64,000 nucleotides of DNA from Nitrospinota bacterium (GCA_038108555.1 JAYNIA010000002.1:51232-115231), one strand, 5' to 3'. Positions 51,428 through 61,884 are shown, counted from the stretch's first letter. Program-made: numbers and translations. The notes: generated by a model from the letters alone, not told the origin.

Positions 51428-52417
51428 ATGGAAATAGATAAGCTGATCAGCAAAATATTGCAAGGCTATCAACCTGCCTGTGTGGTAATCACCGCAAACG
51501 AGCTAAAAATCTTTGATGAGCTGTTAAAACCCGTGGAAGCAAGTCAGGTCGCAAAAAATAAAAATCTGGACCCGGAAGCCTGCGAACGTCTGCTGAACGC
51601 CCTCACCTCTTTGGAGATAATCACAAAAGACAAAAACAAATATCATTTGCCGGTAGCTTCGCAAGAATACCTTGTTACAGGAAGCAGCCATTCAATGCAG
51701 CAGTGGATACAACTTTCCGCCGATCTCTATCCCGTTTGGGGACAGTTGGCCACCTTTATCAAATCCGGAATCCTCATTAAAAGCATCATGGAAATGCTGG
51801 GGGGCGATCCGCATAAAATGCGCGCGTTTACCGATGCCATGCACGACAAAGCCCTGAAAGCCACGTGGATGATTGCCCGGGAAATTCCGATCAGTGATGC
51901 AAAACACATGCTCGATGTGGGAGGGGGACCCGGAACCTACGCACTGGAATGGTGCAAGCTGCACACCCATTTGAAAGCCACAGTGTTCGATATTCCTCCA
52001 GTACTTGAAGTCGCCAAAAATTATATCGAGAGGTATGAGCTGGAAGACCGTGTAGACACCAAACCCGGGGACTTCCATAAAGATGACCTGGGAGATTCCC
52101 AATACGATCTGCTTTTAATGGCAAATATCCTCCATATGTATGATGCCGATATGGGAAATGCGCTGGTTAGCAAAGCCGTAAAGGCTTTGCAGCCGGGAGG
52201 AAGAATTGTATTACATGGCTTCTGCACCGATGAAGATCAGACCGGTCCTTTGGACGATACCCTGTTCAGCCTCAACATCGGAATGCTGACGGAAGGGGGA
52301 CGGGCGCATCCGGTAAATGAAAAAATCAACTGGCTTAAGGGAGCCGGGATTTCCGATATTCGCTATTTCCGAGTAGATGCCATGCCAACCGGGGTCATAA
52401 CCGGCGTAAAAAAATAA
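51428..52417 (+). CDS. SAM-dependent O-methyltransferase (dimerisation + Methyltransf_2)
   Basis: LDVGGGPG, FD.P, GDF, NILH. Confidence 0.88.
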   Translation: MEIDKLISKILQGYQPACVVITANELKIFDELLKPVEASQVAKNKNLDPEACERLLNALTSLEIITKDKNKYHLPVASQEYLVTGSSHSMQQWIQLSADLYPVWGQLATFIKSGILIKSIMEMLGGDPHKMRAFTDAMHDKALKATWMIAREIPISDAKHMLDVGGGPGTYALEWCKLHTHLKATVFDIPPVLEVAKNYIERYELEDRVDTKPGDFHKDDLGDSQYDLLLMANILHMYDADMGNALVSKAVKALQPGGRIVLHGFCTDEDQTGPLDDTLFSLNIGMLTEGGRAHPVNEKINWLKGAGISDIRYFRVDAMPTGVITGVKK

Positions 52418-52426
52418 GATACATTC

Positions 52427-53172
52427 ATGTTCTGGAAATTATTATCCCAAGCAGCAAGAAGCATTTTTGAAAATCGGATTATTCTTGCAAAGGCTCTAAC
52501 AATTCCATTTTTGATTTTTTGCATACTCTATTTGATAGTTTTTTTTCTTTCAGATACCTTCTTTTCACATCTTATTGAATGGTTGATTTATGGATTGTAT
52601 GCCATTTTTGCTATCCCAACTCATCGAGTAGTATTATTAGGCCCAAATTCAGTTCCTGAATGGGGACAATTAAAATGGACCAAAAGAGAAAAACCGTCTT
52701 TGCTTTACATTTATTGGCTTTATATGCAATCACAATGGTTGTAGCAGGATTTCTGGGGTTGACTGCTTTGGCTCTTTCTATAGAAACATCAAAATTCCTG
52801 AAATTATTTTTCTTGGTTGTGCTGTTATTAACAACCATCTATCTTTTTGTAAGATTGTCATTGGTGTTCCCTTCCATAGCAATTGATCAGGGAACTGGTT
52901 TTAAAGGGGCCTGGGAATTATCAAAGGGTTATGAAGGATTAATATTCCTGATTGTTGCCCTTTTCCCAACACTAATGTTTTTGCCTGTCGGACTATGTCT
53001 ATTAATTTTTATTGGTATGCTAGGTTCTCTACCTGATCAAGCTTTTGTAGATTTATTGTCTGAATTGCTATACCTTCCTTTAACTGTTTTTGTCATCGCG
53101 GCATTATCTGTTACTTACAGGTACATTATGGATGAAAGAGAAAAATCTCCTAAAACTCAGAGCGTTGCGTAA
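52427..53172 (+). pseudogene. multi-TM membrane protein interrupted by a frameshift (or sequencing error)
   Basis: Overlapping hydrophobic ORFs 52427-52744 and 52660-53172 join at the A-run 52689-52693. Confidence 0.6.
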
Positions 53173-53221
53173 AAAGTAAATTGAGCGCTTAAAAAAGTAA
53201 AGAAGAAAGGCAAATTGCTTG

Positions 53222-53297
53222 TCTGGATCGCCACACTCCCTCTGGATCGCCACACTCCCTCTGGATCGCCACACTCCCTCTGGTCGTTCGCGATGAC
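53222..53297. repeat. 3x19-bp tandem repeat within a REP-like element
   Basis: TCTGGATCGCCACACTCCC at 53222, 53241 and 53260, then TCTGGTCGTTCGCGATGAC. Confidence 0.85.
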
Positions 53298-53362
53298 GTG
53301 CGGAAGATTGGAGCAGTAAATTCTCTAATTTCAAAACTATCATATTACCGCTTCCCGTTACC

Positions 53363-54268
53363 TCAAGGCGTAGCCTTGTAAACAACCAAAACCACACCGG
53401 TGACGGCTATCGCCCCGCCCCAGTAGCCCATCATGCCCACCGGATCGGGTTGCAGATTGGCAAATCCCATAGCAGGTAAAACTTTCATTCCCATCAATGT
53501 TATCAGGGGATTGAGGGAAATAATCACGCTGATCAGGGCAAGAGGAATATACTTCACTGCTTCCGCTACCGCTCCATAAGCCAGAAGCGTATTAATTCCA
53601 CAAAAAACCAATGCCAGCCATACATTGAATCCTGCCGATGTAAATTCATTCCATTCCACAACAAAAAGTAGAGCCACCGTCGCAATGGAGTAGACCAAAA
53701 AGTTTAAAGACTGGGCCCCATAATTTCGGCTGAGAAATTTTTGCGATATCATATATCCCACCCACACGATTGCCGCCATGATGATGAGGAAATCGGCAAA
53801 GTAATATTCACTCTCCATAACGACACGGCTTTGCTGGTCCACGAAAAACAGGGTCAATCCCCCGGCGGCAACAAACATCCCAAAGACCTGTCTTGTAGAT
53901 AACCGTTCTTTAAAAACAACGACCCCCGCCAGAACCAGAAAAACAGTGGCAGTCTGAATCAACACTGCCATATTAGAGGGACCACTGATATCCACACCCA
54001 GAGTGGCCCAATAATAATTGATCGTTAAACAAAGACCGCCAAACACACCCATCCAGGGAGGTTTGATTAATATTTCGACAGGCTTGCTACCCTTGATAGA
54101 CAGAAAAATTCCAAGGATTAAGAAAGCCAAAGAGAATCGAAACCAGGCAATCGTTCCGGTGGAAAAACCCTGAAGCGAAATTTTTAACAGGATCGGCAAG
54201 ATTCCCCACAACAAAGCGGTGGTTAAAGACAAAAAGATCCCTCGCCAAAAATGATGTTCCTGGTTCAT
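53363..54268 (-). CDS. EamA/DMT family transporter
   Basis: ~10 TM segments, LWG, RF, KERL motifs. Confidence 0.88.
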   Translation of the reverse strand: MNQEHHFWRGIFLSLTTALLWGILPILLKISLQGFSTGTIAWFRFSLAFLILGIFLSIKGSKPVEILIKPPWMGVFGGLCLTINYYWATLGVDISGPSNMAVLIQTATVFLVLAGVVVFKERLSTRQVFGMFVAAGGLTLFFVDQQSRVVMESEYYFADFLIIMAAIVWVGYMISQKFLSRNYGAQSLNFLVYSIATVALLFVVEWNEFTSAGFNVWLALVFCGINTLLAYGAVAEAVKYIPLALISVIISLNPLITLMGMKVLPAMGFANLQPDPVGMMGYWGGAIAVTGVVLVVYKATP

Positions 54269-54310
54269 GCGAGTTTGGGTCCTTTGGTTAAAAACCGAGG
54301 AATAGCAGGA

Positions 54311-54943
54311 CTAGGAAGAAAGTCTGGAAAAATTTTTGAGAACGGTAAGCCCCAACTTTTGGCTTTTTTCCGGATGGAACTGGAAAGCATGAATATTTTC
54401 ATGATGGATTCCCGATACAAAATCAATTCCATAATTCGTTGTGGTGGCAACCGCCGATTTATCTTCTGGAACAACATAATAGGAATGGACAAAATAAAAA
54501 TAGGAGCCGTTGGGAACAGAATCAAATAAAGGATGCGAAGGTTTTACTTCCACATTATTCCATCCCATATGGGGAATTTTGAGAGGATCACCGGAATCGG
54601 ATTGTGGCTGGGCATCTTTAAATCCGACCACTTTCCCTTTCAAGATATCGAGTCCGGATACCGAACCAAACTCCTCAGCCTGACTGAAAAGAAGTTGCAG
54701 TCCCAGACAGATTCCCAAAAAAGGTTTTCCGCTTTGAATCGATTTCTTTACGGTTTCAATGAGTTCAAACTGTTCCAGATTGTCCATGCAGGCCTTGAAG
54801 GCTCCCACCCCCGGGAGGACAACGGATTTTGCGGAAAGTATTTTCTGGGAATCACTGGTGACAATGGCATCGGCACCCACGGCTTCAAAACCCTTTTGCA
54901 CGGAACGAAGATTTCCCATTCCGTAATCGATAATTGCGATCAA
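54311..54943 (-). CDS. hisH: imidazole glycerol phosphate synthase subunit HisH
   Basis: DYGMGNL.SV, LPGVG, GICLG, QFHPEKS. Confidence 0.97.
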   Translation of the reverse strand: MIAIIDYGMGNLRSVQKGFEAVGADAIVTSDSQKILSAKSVVLPGVGAFKACMDNLEQFELIETVKKSIQSGKPFLGICLGLQLLFSQAEEFGSVSGLDILKGKVVGFKDAQPQSDSGDPLKIPHMGWNNVEVKPSHPLFDSVPNGSYFYFVHSYYVVPEDKSAVATTTNYGIDFVSGIHHENIHAFQFHPEKSQKLGLTVLKNFSRLSS

Positions 54944-55531
54944 CTATAGGGTTCCTTTTGTGGAAGGAATATCACTGGTGCGTGAATCGATTGTACAAGC
55001 AGCGTCCAGTGCCCGGGCAAACGATTTGAACAGGGCTTCGGTAATATGGTGCAGGTTGTTCCAGTAAGGAGAGTTTAAATGCAACGTTGTTCCGCTATTG
55101 GCGGAAAAGGCCTGAAAAAATTCCGGAACCAGTTCAACATCGAAATCTCCCAGCTTGGCTTTGGGCAATTCGACATTGAAGACAAAATAAGCCCGACCAC
55201 TGATATCAACAACGCATTGTGCCAGAGCTTCGTTAAGGGGAACATTCGCTTCTGCAAATCGGCGGATTCCTTTTTTCTCCCCCAGTGCTTCCTTAAATGC
55301 TTGTCCCACAGCAATCCCTACATCTTCAACCGTATGGTGAAAATCTATTTCGGTATCTCCTTGAGCTTTAACGGTTAAATCAAAATAGCCGTGCTTGGCC
55401 AATTGCGAAAGCATGTGGTCGAGGAAAGGTACGGGGGTTTTGATATCCTGAACCCCGGAACCATCCAAATTCAGGCTGACTTCAATTTGAGTTTCGCTGG
55501 TGGAGCGTTTTACGTGGGAGGTTCTAGCCAT
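54944..55531 (-). CDS. hisB: imidazoleglycerol-phosphate dehydratase
   Basis: FLDHML, HHTVED, NLHHITEA.FK, PSTKG. Confidence 0.97.
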   Translation of the reverse strand: MARTSHVKRSTSETQIEVSLNLDGSGVQDIKTPVPFLDHMLSQLAKHGYFDLTVKAQGDTEIDFHHTVEDVGIAVGQAFKEALGEKKGIRRFAEANVPLNEALAQCVVDISGRAYFVFNVELPKAKLGDFDVELVPEFFQAFSANSGTTLHLNSPYWNNLHHITEALFKSFARALDAACTIDSRTSDIPSTKGTL

Positions 55532-57545
55532 TCAATGTTTGTTTGACAGTGAGATCACTCTTTTTGCTATGGCCATTGCTGCCATTGCCAACAATCGCTT
55601 TTTTGCCGTTGCCAGAAATCCATTTTTTTCCATTTCCGGATGCGGCCATTTCAGCAACAGATCCGTAAAAAGTCATAATGGTCTCAAACATGCCTTCTGG
55701 ATCCAGCTTCAGATCTTTTCTTTGTTTTCCAGGAGCGCCATGCTCCAAAACTATGTCCTCAAGGCCGATGCATTTGACCGGTACGGTGCAGACCTGTTCT
55801 TCCTGAAGGGCTTCAAGCACCGCTGAGCCAAACCCACCTTTCAGGGAATGTTCTTCCGTGGTAATGAGACAGCGCGTACTTTTTGCGTATTTTACAATCA
55901 GGTCTTTATCTACAGGTTTGGCAAAGCGCGCATTGATGACCGCAACACTGACACCTTCCTTTTCAAACATATCGGAAACGGTTCTGGCCCAATCAACAGT
56001 GTGCCCGTAAGCAAAGATGGCAATATCGGATCCGTCTTTGATCACTTCTCCCTTACCAATTTCAAGTTCTTTCATTTCCTCATCAAGAGGCACTCCCAAT
56101 CCGGAGCCTCTGGGATAACGAAGGGCAGCAGGACCTTTGTGGTACATTGCAGTTTTCAACATGTGACGCAGTTCATTTTCGTCCTTGGGAGCCATGACCA
56201 CCATATTGGGCAGGGTCCGCAAGAAGGCAATATCGTAAAGCCCCTGATGGGTTGCACCATCCTCCCCAACAATACCGGCGCGATCCAATGCAAAGGTAAC
56301 ATCCAGATTCATCAGGCAGATATCATGCACCACCTGATCGTACGCCCGCTGAAGGAATGTTGAGTAAATGGCTGCTACCGGTCGAAACCCTTCAATAGCC
56401 AAGGCACCGGCAAAGGCAACCCCATGCTGCTCTGCCATACCTACATCAAAAGTACGTGCTGGGAACACTTTGCCAAACTTGCTCATACCCGTGCCATCCG
56501 GCATCGCAGCTGTGATACCTACTACCTTTTCATCTTCCTTTGCTAATTCAATCAGAGCCTCGGCAAAAACACTGGTGTAGGCTGGGTTCGCTTTTTTCTT
56601 GTGGAACTCACCGGTCGATACATTGAAAGGTTTTGCACCATGCCATACATCTGCTTTTTCTTCAGCCTGTTCGTAGCCCTTCCCTTTACGTGTCACCACA
56701 TGCATAAGAGTTGGCCCCTTCAAGTCTTTTACTGTGGAAAAGGTATCGATAAGAGCTTCTACATCATGACCGTCAACCGGTCCGACATAGCGAAAGCCGA
56801 GATCTTCAAACAACCGACCGGGAATGAACACTCCCTTTATAGCCTCATCTATTTTGTGAGCGTATCGTGAAATTTCTTTTCCAATTCCCGGAACGGCCAG
56901 GAGAAGCTGGTCTATTTCCTGTTTGATTTTTAACATGACCTGACCGGTCATGATTTTGCTCAAGTGCGCAGACATGCCTCCCACGTTTGCGGAGATAGAC
57001 ATCTCATTATCATTCAGCACAACAATCATATCGCTTTGAATATGTCCTGTATGGTTTAGACCTTCAAAAGCCATTCCGGCTGTCAGAGAGCCATCGCCAA
57101 TTACGGCAACGACATCATTTTTATCCCCTTTGAGGTCACGTGCCTTGGCAAAAGCCAACGCAGCAGAGATGGAGGTTCCTCCATGCCCACAATTCCAGTG
57201 GTCGTGCTCGCTTTCTTCCCGTTTGGTGAAACCGCAAAGCCCGTCATACTGCCGGAGGGTATCGAAATTTTCCCGTCTACCTGTAAGGAGTTTATGGACA
57301 TAGGACTGATGCCCTACATCCCAAACAAACTTATCTTTTGGGCTATCGAAAACGTAATGCATAGCCATGGTCAGCTCTACCACCCCCAAATTTGAGGAAA
57401 GGTGGCCGCCTGTTTTGGAAATAGTATCCAAAAGCTTGTCACGAATTTCCTTGGCTAGTTCCGGTAGTTGTTCTAGGGGTATATTTTTTAAATCCTGGGG
57501 ACTATCAATTTTATCTAGTAACTTGGTCATGTGGGTCCCGGTCAA
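55524..57545 (-). CDS. dxs: 1-deoxy-D-xylulose-5-phosphate synthase
   Basis: GGHLSSNLG, WDVGHQ, GDGS, YSTFLQRAYDQ, DRAG. Confidence 0.97.
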   Translation of the reverse strand: MTGTHMTKLLDKIDSPQDLKNIPLEQLPELAKEIRDKLLDTISKTGGHLSSNLGVVELTMAMHYVFDSPKDKFVWDVGHQSYVHKLLTGRRENFDTLRQYDGLCGFTKREESEHDHWNCGHGGTSISAALAFAKARDLKGDKNDVVAVIGDGSLTAGMAFEGLNHTGHIQSDMIVVLNDNEMSISANVGGMSAHLSKIMTGQVMLKIKQEIDQLLLAVPGIGKEISRYAHKIDEAIKGVFIPGRLFEDLGFRYVGPVDGHDVEALIDTFSTVKDLKGPTLMHVVTRKGKGYEQAEEKADVWHGAKPFNVSTGEFHKKKANPAYTSVFAEALIELAKEDEKVVGITAAMPDGTGMSKFGKVFPARTFDVGMAEQHGVAFAGALAIEGFRPVAAIYSTFLQRAYDQVVHDICLMNLDVTFALDRAGIVGEDGATHQGLYDIAFLRTLPNMVVMAPKDENELRHMLKTAMYHKGPAALRYPRGSGLGVPLDEEMKELEIGKGEVIKDGSDIAIFAYGHTVDWARTVSDMFEKEGVSVAVINARFAKPVDKDLIVKYAKSTRCLITTEEHSLKGGFGSAVLEALQEEQVCTVPVKCIGLEDIVLEHGAPGKQRKDLKLDPEGMFETIMTFYGSVAEMAASGNGKKWISGNGKKAIVGNGSNGHSKKSDLTVKQTLNG

Positions 57546-58441
57546 AATGTTCGTTGGACAAAAAACCGCGCTATCTCTCTCAGGGGATTGGCCCGGTCAT
57601 CAAACTCTTTTAAACAGTCAATACTTTCCTCTACTAATTCTTCGGCTTTTTGCTTTGACTCTTCCAAGCCAAACAAAGCCGGGTAAGTGGCTTTATCTTT
57701 TGTAAGATCACTGCCCACATCCTTACCCAGTTTTTCTTGATCCCCGGTTATATCAAGAATGTCATCGATAATTTGGAAGGCAAGTCCAATATGAGCTCCA
57801 AATCTGGAGAGAGAATGCAACTGCTTTTCCGTCGCCTGGCTCAAAATCCCACCACACCTGATACACGCCCTGATCAAAAACCCTGTCTTGTAAATATGAA
57901 TATATTCCAGAGTTTCTGCTGTGATGGGTTTTCCCTCCGACTCCAGGTCAACCACCTGCCCACCAATCATCCCTGTTGAACCCAGCGCATCTGCCATCTC
58001 ATGGGTTGCTTTAAGGATGCATTCGGGAGGAATGCTTTCCATTCCCACCGCACGTGTCATTACTATAAAAGCCTGCGTCAGCAAGGCATCGCCTGCCAGT
58101 ATAGCAATGGCTTCACCAAAAACCTTATGGTTTGTTGGTTTCCCCCGTCTCAGGTCATCATTATCTAATGCAGGGAGGTCATCATGAATCAGAGTATAGG
58201 TGTGTATCATTTCAGCCGCTACCGCAAAAGGTAGAACTGAATTCCGATCTCCTCCTACTGCTTCGGATGCCGCCAAGACCAATACGGGTCGCAACCTTTT
58301 GCCACCCGCTAATAGACTGTAGCGCATCGCTTCATGGATGCTCTCCGGATAGGCCTTTCCCTGGGGTAAAAGACTCGTTATCCGGTCATCTATTAGCTTC
58401 TTACCCTCTGAAAGGTACTGGGACGCAGATAAACCACTCAA
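57542..58441 (-). CDS. ispA: farnesyl diphosphate synthase (polyprenyl synthetase)
   Basis: GGKRLRP, DDLPALDNDDLRRG, FQIIDDILD; start uncertain (TTG 58441). Confidence 0.93.
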   Translation of the reverse strand: MSGLSASQYLSEGKKLIDDRITSLLPQGKAYPESIHEAMRYSLLAGGKRLRPVLVLAASEAVGGDRNSVLPFAVAAEMIHTYTLIHDDLPALDNDDLRRGKPTNHKVFGEAIAILAGDALLTQAFIVMTRAVGMESIPPECILKATHEMADALGSTGMIGGQVVDLESEGKPITAETLEYIHIYKTGFLIRACIRCGGILSQATEKQLHSLSRFGAHIGLAFQIIDDILDITGDQEKLGKDVGSDLTKDKATYPALFGLEESKQKAEELVEESIDCLKEFDDRANPLREIARFFVQRTF

Positions 58442-58774
58442 TAAAATCAAACAATTAATAAGGTTTCCGATAGTGCCGCTTATCCAACAAAATACTAACA
58501 TATATCCACAAACAGTCAACTTTAATAGTTAGCCTGTCTGACATAAGACAACCTCTTAATTTACAAGCCCTTGTTCGCCCCCAAATTCCCCTTTTTGTAG
58601 TTTGAATCTAGCTCGCCACCGCCCCACACTCCTTCTTACAACCCGAACTTGTTTTTGCAATAACTAATTTTTCCGAGTCCCCCGGGTCAAAATGACTAAT
58701 TTGCACGACTGGACAAAAGGAACGGATAAATTCTTTTTTGTTCTTGAAAATTCAAAGACTTATTCTTGTAATTT

Positions 58775-58887
58775 TTGCAATGTTTCTATATCATTTTATA
58801 TTCATTAAAAAAGTTTTTCTGAGCAGGGCTTGGGCCTAAATTTCAATTCCTGTTACCCATTTAATACTCAAAAAACAGGACTCCAGC
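58775..58887 (+). promoter_or_regulatory. promoter and riboswitch-like structured leader of nhaD
   Basis: TTGCAA (58775-80), 16 nt, TATATT (58797-802); AGCAGGG/TCCTGTT stem mutually exclusive with TCCTGTT/AACAGGA(SD) stem. Confidence 0.5.
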
Positions 58888-60207
58888 ATGCATAGTTTAA
58901 CAGTCACATGGGTGGGTTATGTTTGTCTGATTTGCTTTTGTCTGGCTTATACCCTGGTCATTTTTGAAGAGCAAATCCACATGCGAAAATCCAAACCGGT
59001 TGTTTTGATCGGTTGTTTCATGTGGGGTTTGATTGGTGCCTATGAAGCTCAACATGGGGGGGGGCATGCCCACGACCATGTCAAGGAATTGATCGCAGAA
59101 ATTGGCGAACTGTTTTTTTTCCTGTTGGTCGCCATGACCTACATCAACACCCTGGATGAGAGAAACGTATTCAAAGCCCTTCGTGCATGGCTGCTTAAAA
59201 AAGGTTTGGGCTTCAGAAAACTTTTTTGGGCCACAGGTTTAATCACGTTCCTGCTCTCACCGCTGGCCGACAACCTGACCAGCGCCTTGCTAATGGCAAC
59301 AGTCGCACTTGCAGTAAGTAATGGTAACGGCAAGTTCATTGTTCCCGCATTCGTAAATATAATCGTAGCGGCCAATGCCGGTGGCGCATGGAGCCCTTTT
59401 GGAGACATCACCACACTGATGGTTTGGACCTCTGGAAAAGTTCAAACCATGGAGTTTTCATATCTCGTTTTACCTTCCATAGTAAATTGGCTCATTCCAG
59501 CAAGCATCATGTACTTTTTTGTTCCCGACGAGCAACCAAAACCGGATGAGGAAGAGGTACATATGAAAATCGGTGCGAAAGTAGTCATTGGCCTGGGAAT
59601 TTTTACCGTTGCCACGGCAGTATCTTTTCACCAATTCCTGCATCTTCCTCCCTTTATGGGCATGATGTTTGGTCTCGGCCTGCTGATGATTAAAGGTTAT
59701 TATTTAAAAGTTTGGGGCGAACCGAGACACATGAAAAAGTTAGGTATTGAGGGAGACCGTAGAAAACGTCCACGCTTTGACATCTTCGCAAGGGTGGAAG
59801 GGGTTGAGTTTGACACACTGTTATTTTTCTTCGGTGTTCTTTCAGCAGTAGGTGCCTTGCAGTATATTGGTTACCTTGCCATGATCAGTGAATCCATGTA
59901 TGGCAATTTGGGACCCACGGCTTCCAACGTTATGGTGGGCCTGCTTTCCGCCATTGTAGATAACATCCCCGTCATGTTCGCGGTTCTGAAAATGGACCCT
60001 TCAATGGGGCTGGATCAATGGCTGTTGATCACCCTGACCGCAGGGGTTGGAGGCAGCCTGCTTTCGGTAGGCTCAGCAGCAGGGGTTGCAGTTATGGGAG
60101 TAGAAAAAGAAAACTACAATTTCATGTCCCATTTAAAATGGGCTCCGGCGATTGCACTGGGTTATGCAGGAAGTATTGTTTGCTGGTATTTTGTAACGCC
60201 GCACTAA
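58888..60207 (+). CDS. nhaD: Na+/H+ antiporter NhaD
   Basis: EE..HMRKSKP, LLVAMTYIN, ADNLTSAL, NAGGAWSPFGDITTLMVW, VDNIP, GSAAGV. Confidence 0.93.
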   Translation: MHSLTVTWVGYVCLICFCLAYTLVIFEEQIHMRKSKPVVLIGCFMWGLIGAYEAQHGGGHAHDHVKELIAEIGELFFFLLVAMTYINTLDERNVFKALRAWLLKKGLGFRKLFWATGLITFLLSPLADNLTSALLMATVALAVSNGNGKFIVPAFVNIIVAANAGGAWSPFGDITTLMVWTSGKVQTMEFSYLVLPSIVNWLIPASIMYFFVPDEQPKPDEEEVHMKIGAKVVIGLGIFTVATAVSFHQFLHLPPFMGMMFGLGLLMIKGYYLKVWGEPRHMKKLGIEGDRRKRPRFDIFARVEGVEFDTLLFFFGVLSAVGALQYIGYLAMISESMYGNLGPTASNVMVGLLSAIVDNIPVMFAVLKMDPSMGLDQWLLITLTAGVGGSLLSVGSAAGVAVMGVEKENYNFMSHLKWAPAIALGYAGSIVCWYFVTPH

Positions 60208-60222
60208 AGCAAAAAATTATAT

Positions 60223-60933
60223 TTAAACTTCTGCTTTCTTTCTCAAAACTACCTGGATTTGCGCTACCGCGTCCTCCAGCGTCTGGTCAACCAGTGCCCC
60301 CAGCTTCACCGATATTAAGTTGACTCTGTATTTAATGGACTGAATACTCAGCCCCAGATATTCAATAGCTTTTTGGTTCCTATCCAACCTTTTTATAATA
60401 GAACGGTTCAGGCGCATAAAAAATTTCCCCCGCTTTCCCAACCCATGACCCTTCAGGGAATAGTTGTACCCCACGTCCTGATGCTCCATGGAGACCACTT
60501 CAACCCCAGAAAGATCTGAGCATAATTTTCCCAAATCGTATGAAACGGGCGACCATGTGTCCGGCTTATTCAGTCTGAATGTTGCCGAATGATCGCGATT
60601 GAACAAACTTGGCCACACTCCCTGCTCATATAAATCTTCATCGGGAACGACTATGACCATTGCCCCGCCTGGCTTAACAAGCTGCCACCATTCCCGGATG
60701 GCTTTAGGAACATCTTCCATGTGTTCCAGAGAATGACTGCTATGGACACAATCGAAAGTACCTGGTTCCAGATATTTCAAAATATCCTGAGCATCGCCCT
60801 GCTCCCTATCAAACGGGATTGCATGGGGTACCACCAGATTATCGCCGCAACCAATATCTAAAACATTTCCGGAAAAATATTTCTCCCGGAATTCCGGGCC
60901 ACGTATCTTTTCTGTTTTTGAAGCTTCATCCAT
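60223..60933 (-). CDS. class I SAM-dependent methyltransferase
   Basis: VLDIGCG, FDCVHSSHSLEH, VKPGG. Confidence 0.8.
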   Translation of the reverse strand: MDEASKTEKIRGPEFREKYFSGNVLDIGCGDNLVVPHAIPFDREQGDAQDILKYLEPGTFDCVHSSHSLEHMEDVPKAIREWWQLVKPGGAMVIVVPDEDLYEQGVWPSLFNRDHSATFRLNKPDTWSPVSYDLGKLCSDLSGVEVVSMEHQDVGYNYSLKGHGLGKRGKFFMRLNRSIIKRLDRNQKAIEYLGLSIQSIKYRVNLISVKLGALVDQTLEDAVAQIQVVLRKKAEV

Positions 60934-60974
60934 TAAACCAGTAGAATCTCCCCTTATTAAATTTTGACTTTAAA

Positions 60975-61775
60975 TTAACCATCCATTCCCTTACCCACCA
61001 CAACTCTTCCAAGAGTAAACACATAAACTTTTTCCGCTCCAGATTTTTTCAAAATTTTTGCAGCCTCATTTGCCGTAGCCCCTGTAGTAAAAACATCATC
61101 AACCAATAATATTTTTTTACCGACCACATTTTCCGGGCGGTTCACTTCAAAAGCTCCCTTTATATTTTGCGCCCTCTCCGCACGCGCCTTTGTTACCTGC
61201 GTGGATGTAGAACTGACCCTCCTTAACAAAGCGCTTTCGAGCGGGGCATGTAAAATCCCAGCCACCTGGCGGGCTAGAAGAAATGCCTGATCGAAACCTC
61301 TTTCCCTCATCTTATTAAAGTGCAACGGAATGGGAGATACGGTGAAACCTGAATAATTCCCTGTCACTTTTGAAAAATAGATATTCAGCAAATCTTCAAT
61401 ATCAGAAAGGACTCCCAATTGCTTCTGATATTTGAAATGATGAATCAATTCCCGCAAAACAGTATCATAATGTCCTAAAGATCGGGCATGATCAAATTGG
61501 TAAGTACTTTTTCGGCACAATCCACAAGAAAAATCTTCCCTTGGAAAGTCGTAGGAAATATCCGCAGGAACCCCACAAATAGAACACATCGGTGAATTTA
61601 TAAAACTAATATCTTTAAAACAGGCGCGACAAAGAAATTCACCCCCCTCCCGCAGGCCTCCTCCACAAAATATACAATTTTGAGGAAAAAACAGATTTAA
61701 TACCGCTGAAACCCATTTGAACCTTGAAGGAGAGTTTTTCACAAGATTAATCCTAAAAATCAGGGAAGAAAACAA
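60975..61775 (-). CDS. comF: ComF family protein (double zinc ribbon + PRTase-like)
   Basis: Four CxxC pairs, KY, P.PLH, RGFDQ, LVDDVFTTGAT; start uncertain. Confidence 0.88.
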   Translation of the reverse strand: MFSSLIFRINLVKNSPSRFKWVSAVLNLFFPQNCIFCGGGLREGGEFLCRACFKDISFINSPMCSICGVPADISYDFPREDFSCGLCRKSTYQFDHARSLGHYDTVLRELIHHFKYQKQLGVLSDIEDLLNIYFSKVTGNYSGFTVSPIPLHFNKMRERGFDQAFLLARQVAGILHAPLESALLRRVSSTSTQVTKARAERAQNIKGAFEVNRPENVVGKKILLVDDVFTTGATANEAAKILKKSGAEKVYVFTLGRVVVGKGMDG

Positions 61776-61884
61776 ATGCCTTTATTTTTTTCCTATCATA
61801 AAAGCAAAAGTATCAAAGGTTTTTATATTTTTCGCATATTTTTTATGATAAAGTTTTTTGTTTAACAATCCCTCAGATTTTATT

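Noticed and set aside
53222..53283. Possible CRISPR array
   Set aside because: The 19-bp units are directly adjacent with no spacers, and there are no cas genes; it is a tandem repeat
55524..55650. SGNGKK-repeat C-terminal tail of Dxs
   Set aside because: Short low-complexity extension with no evidence of function
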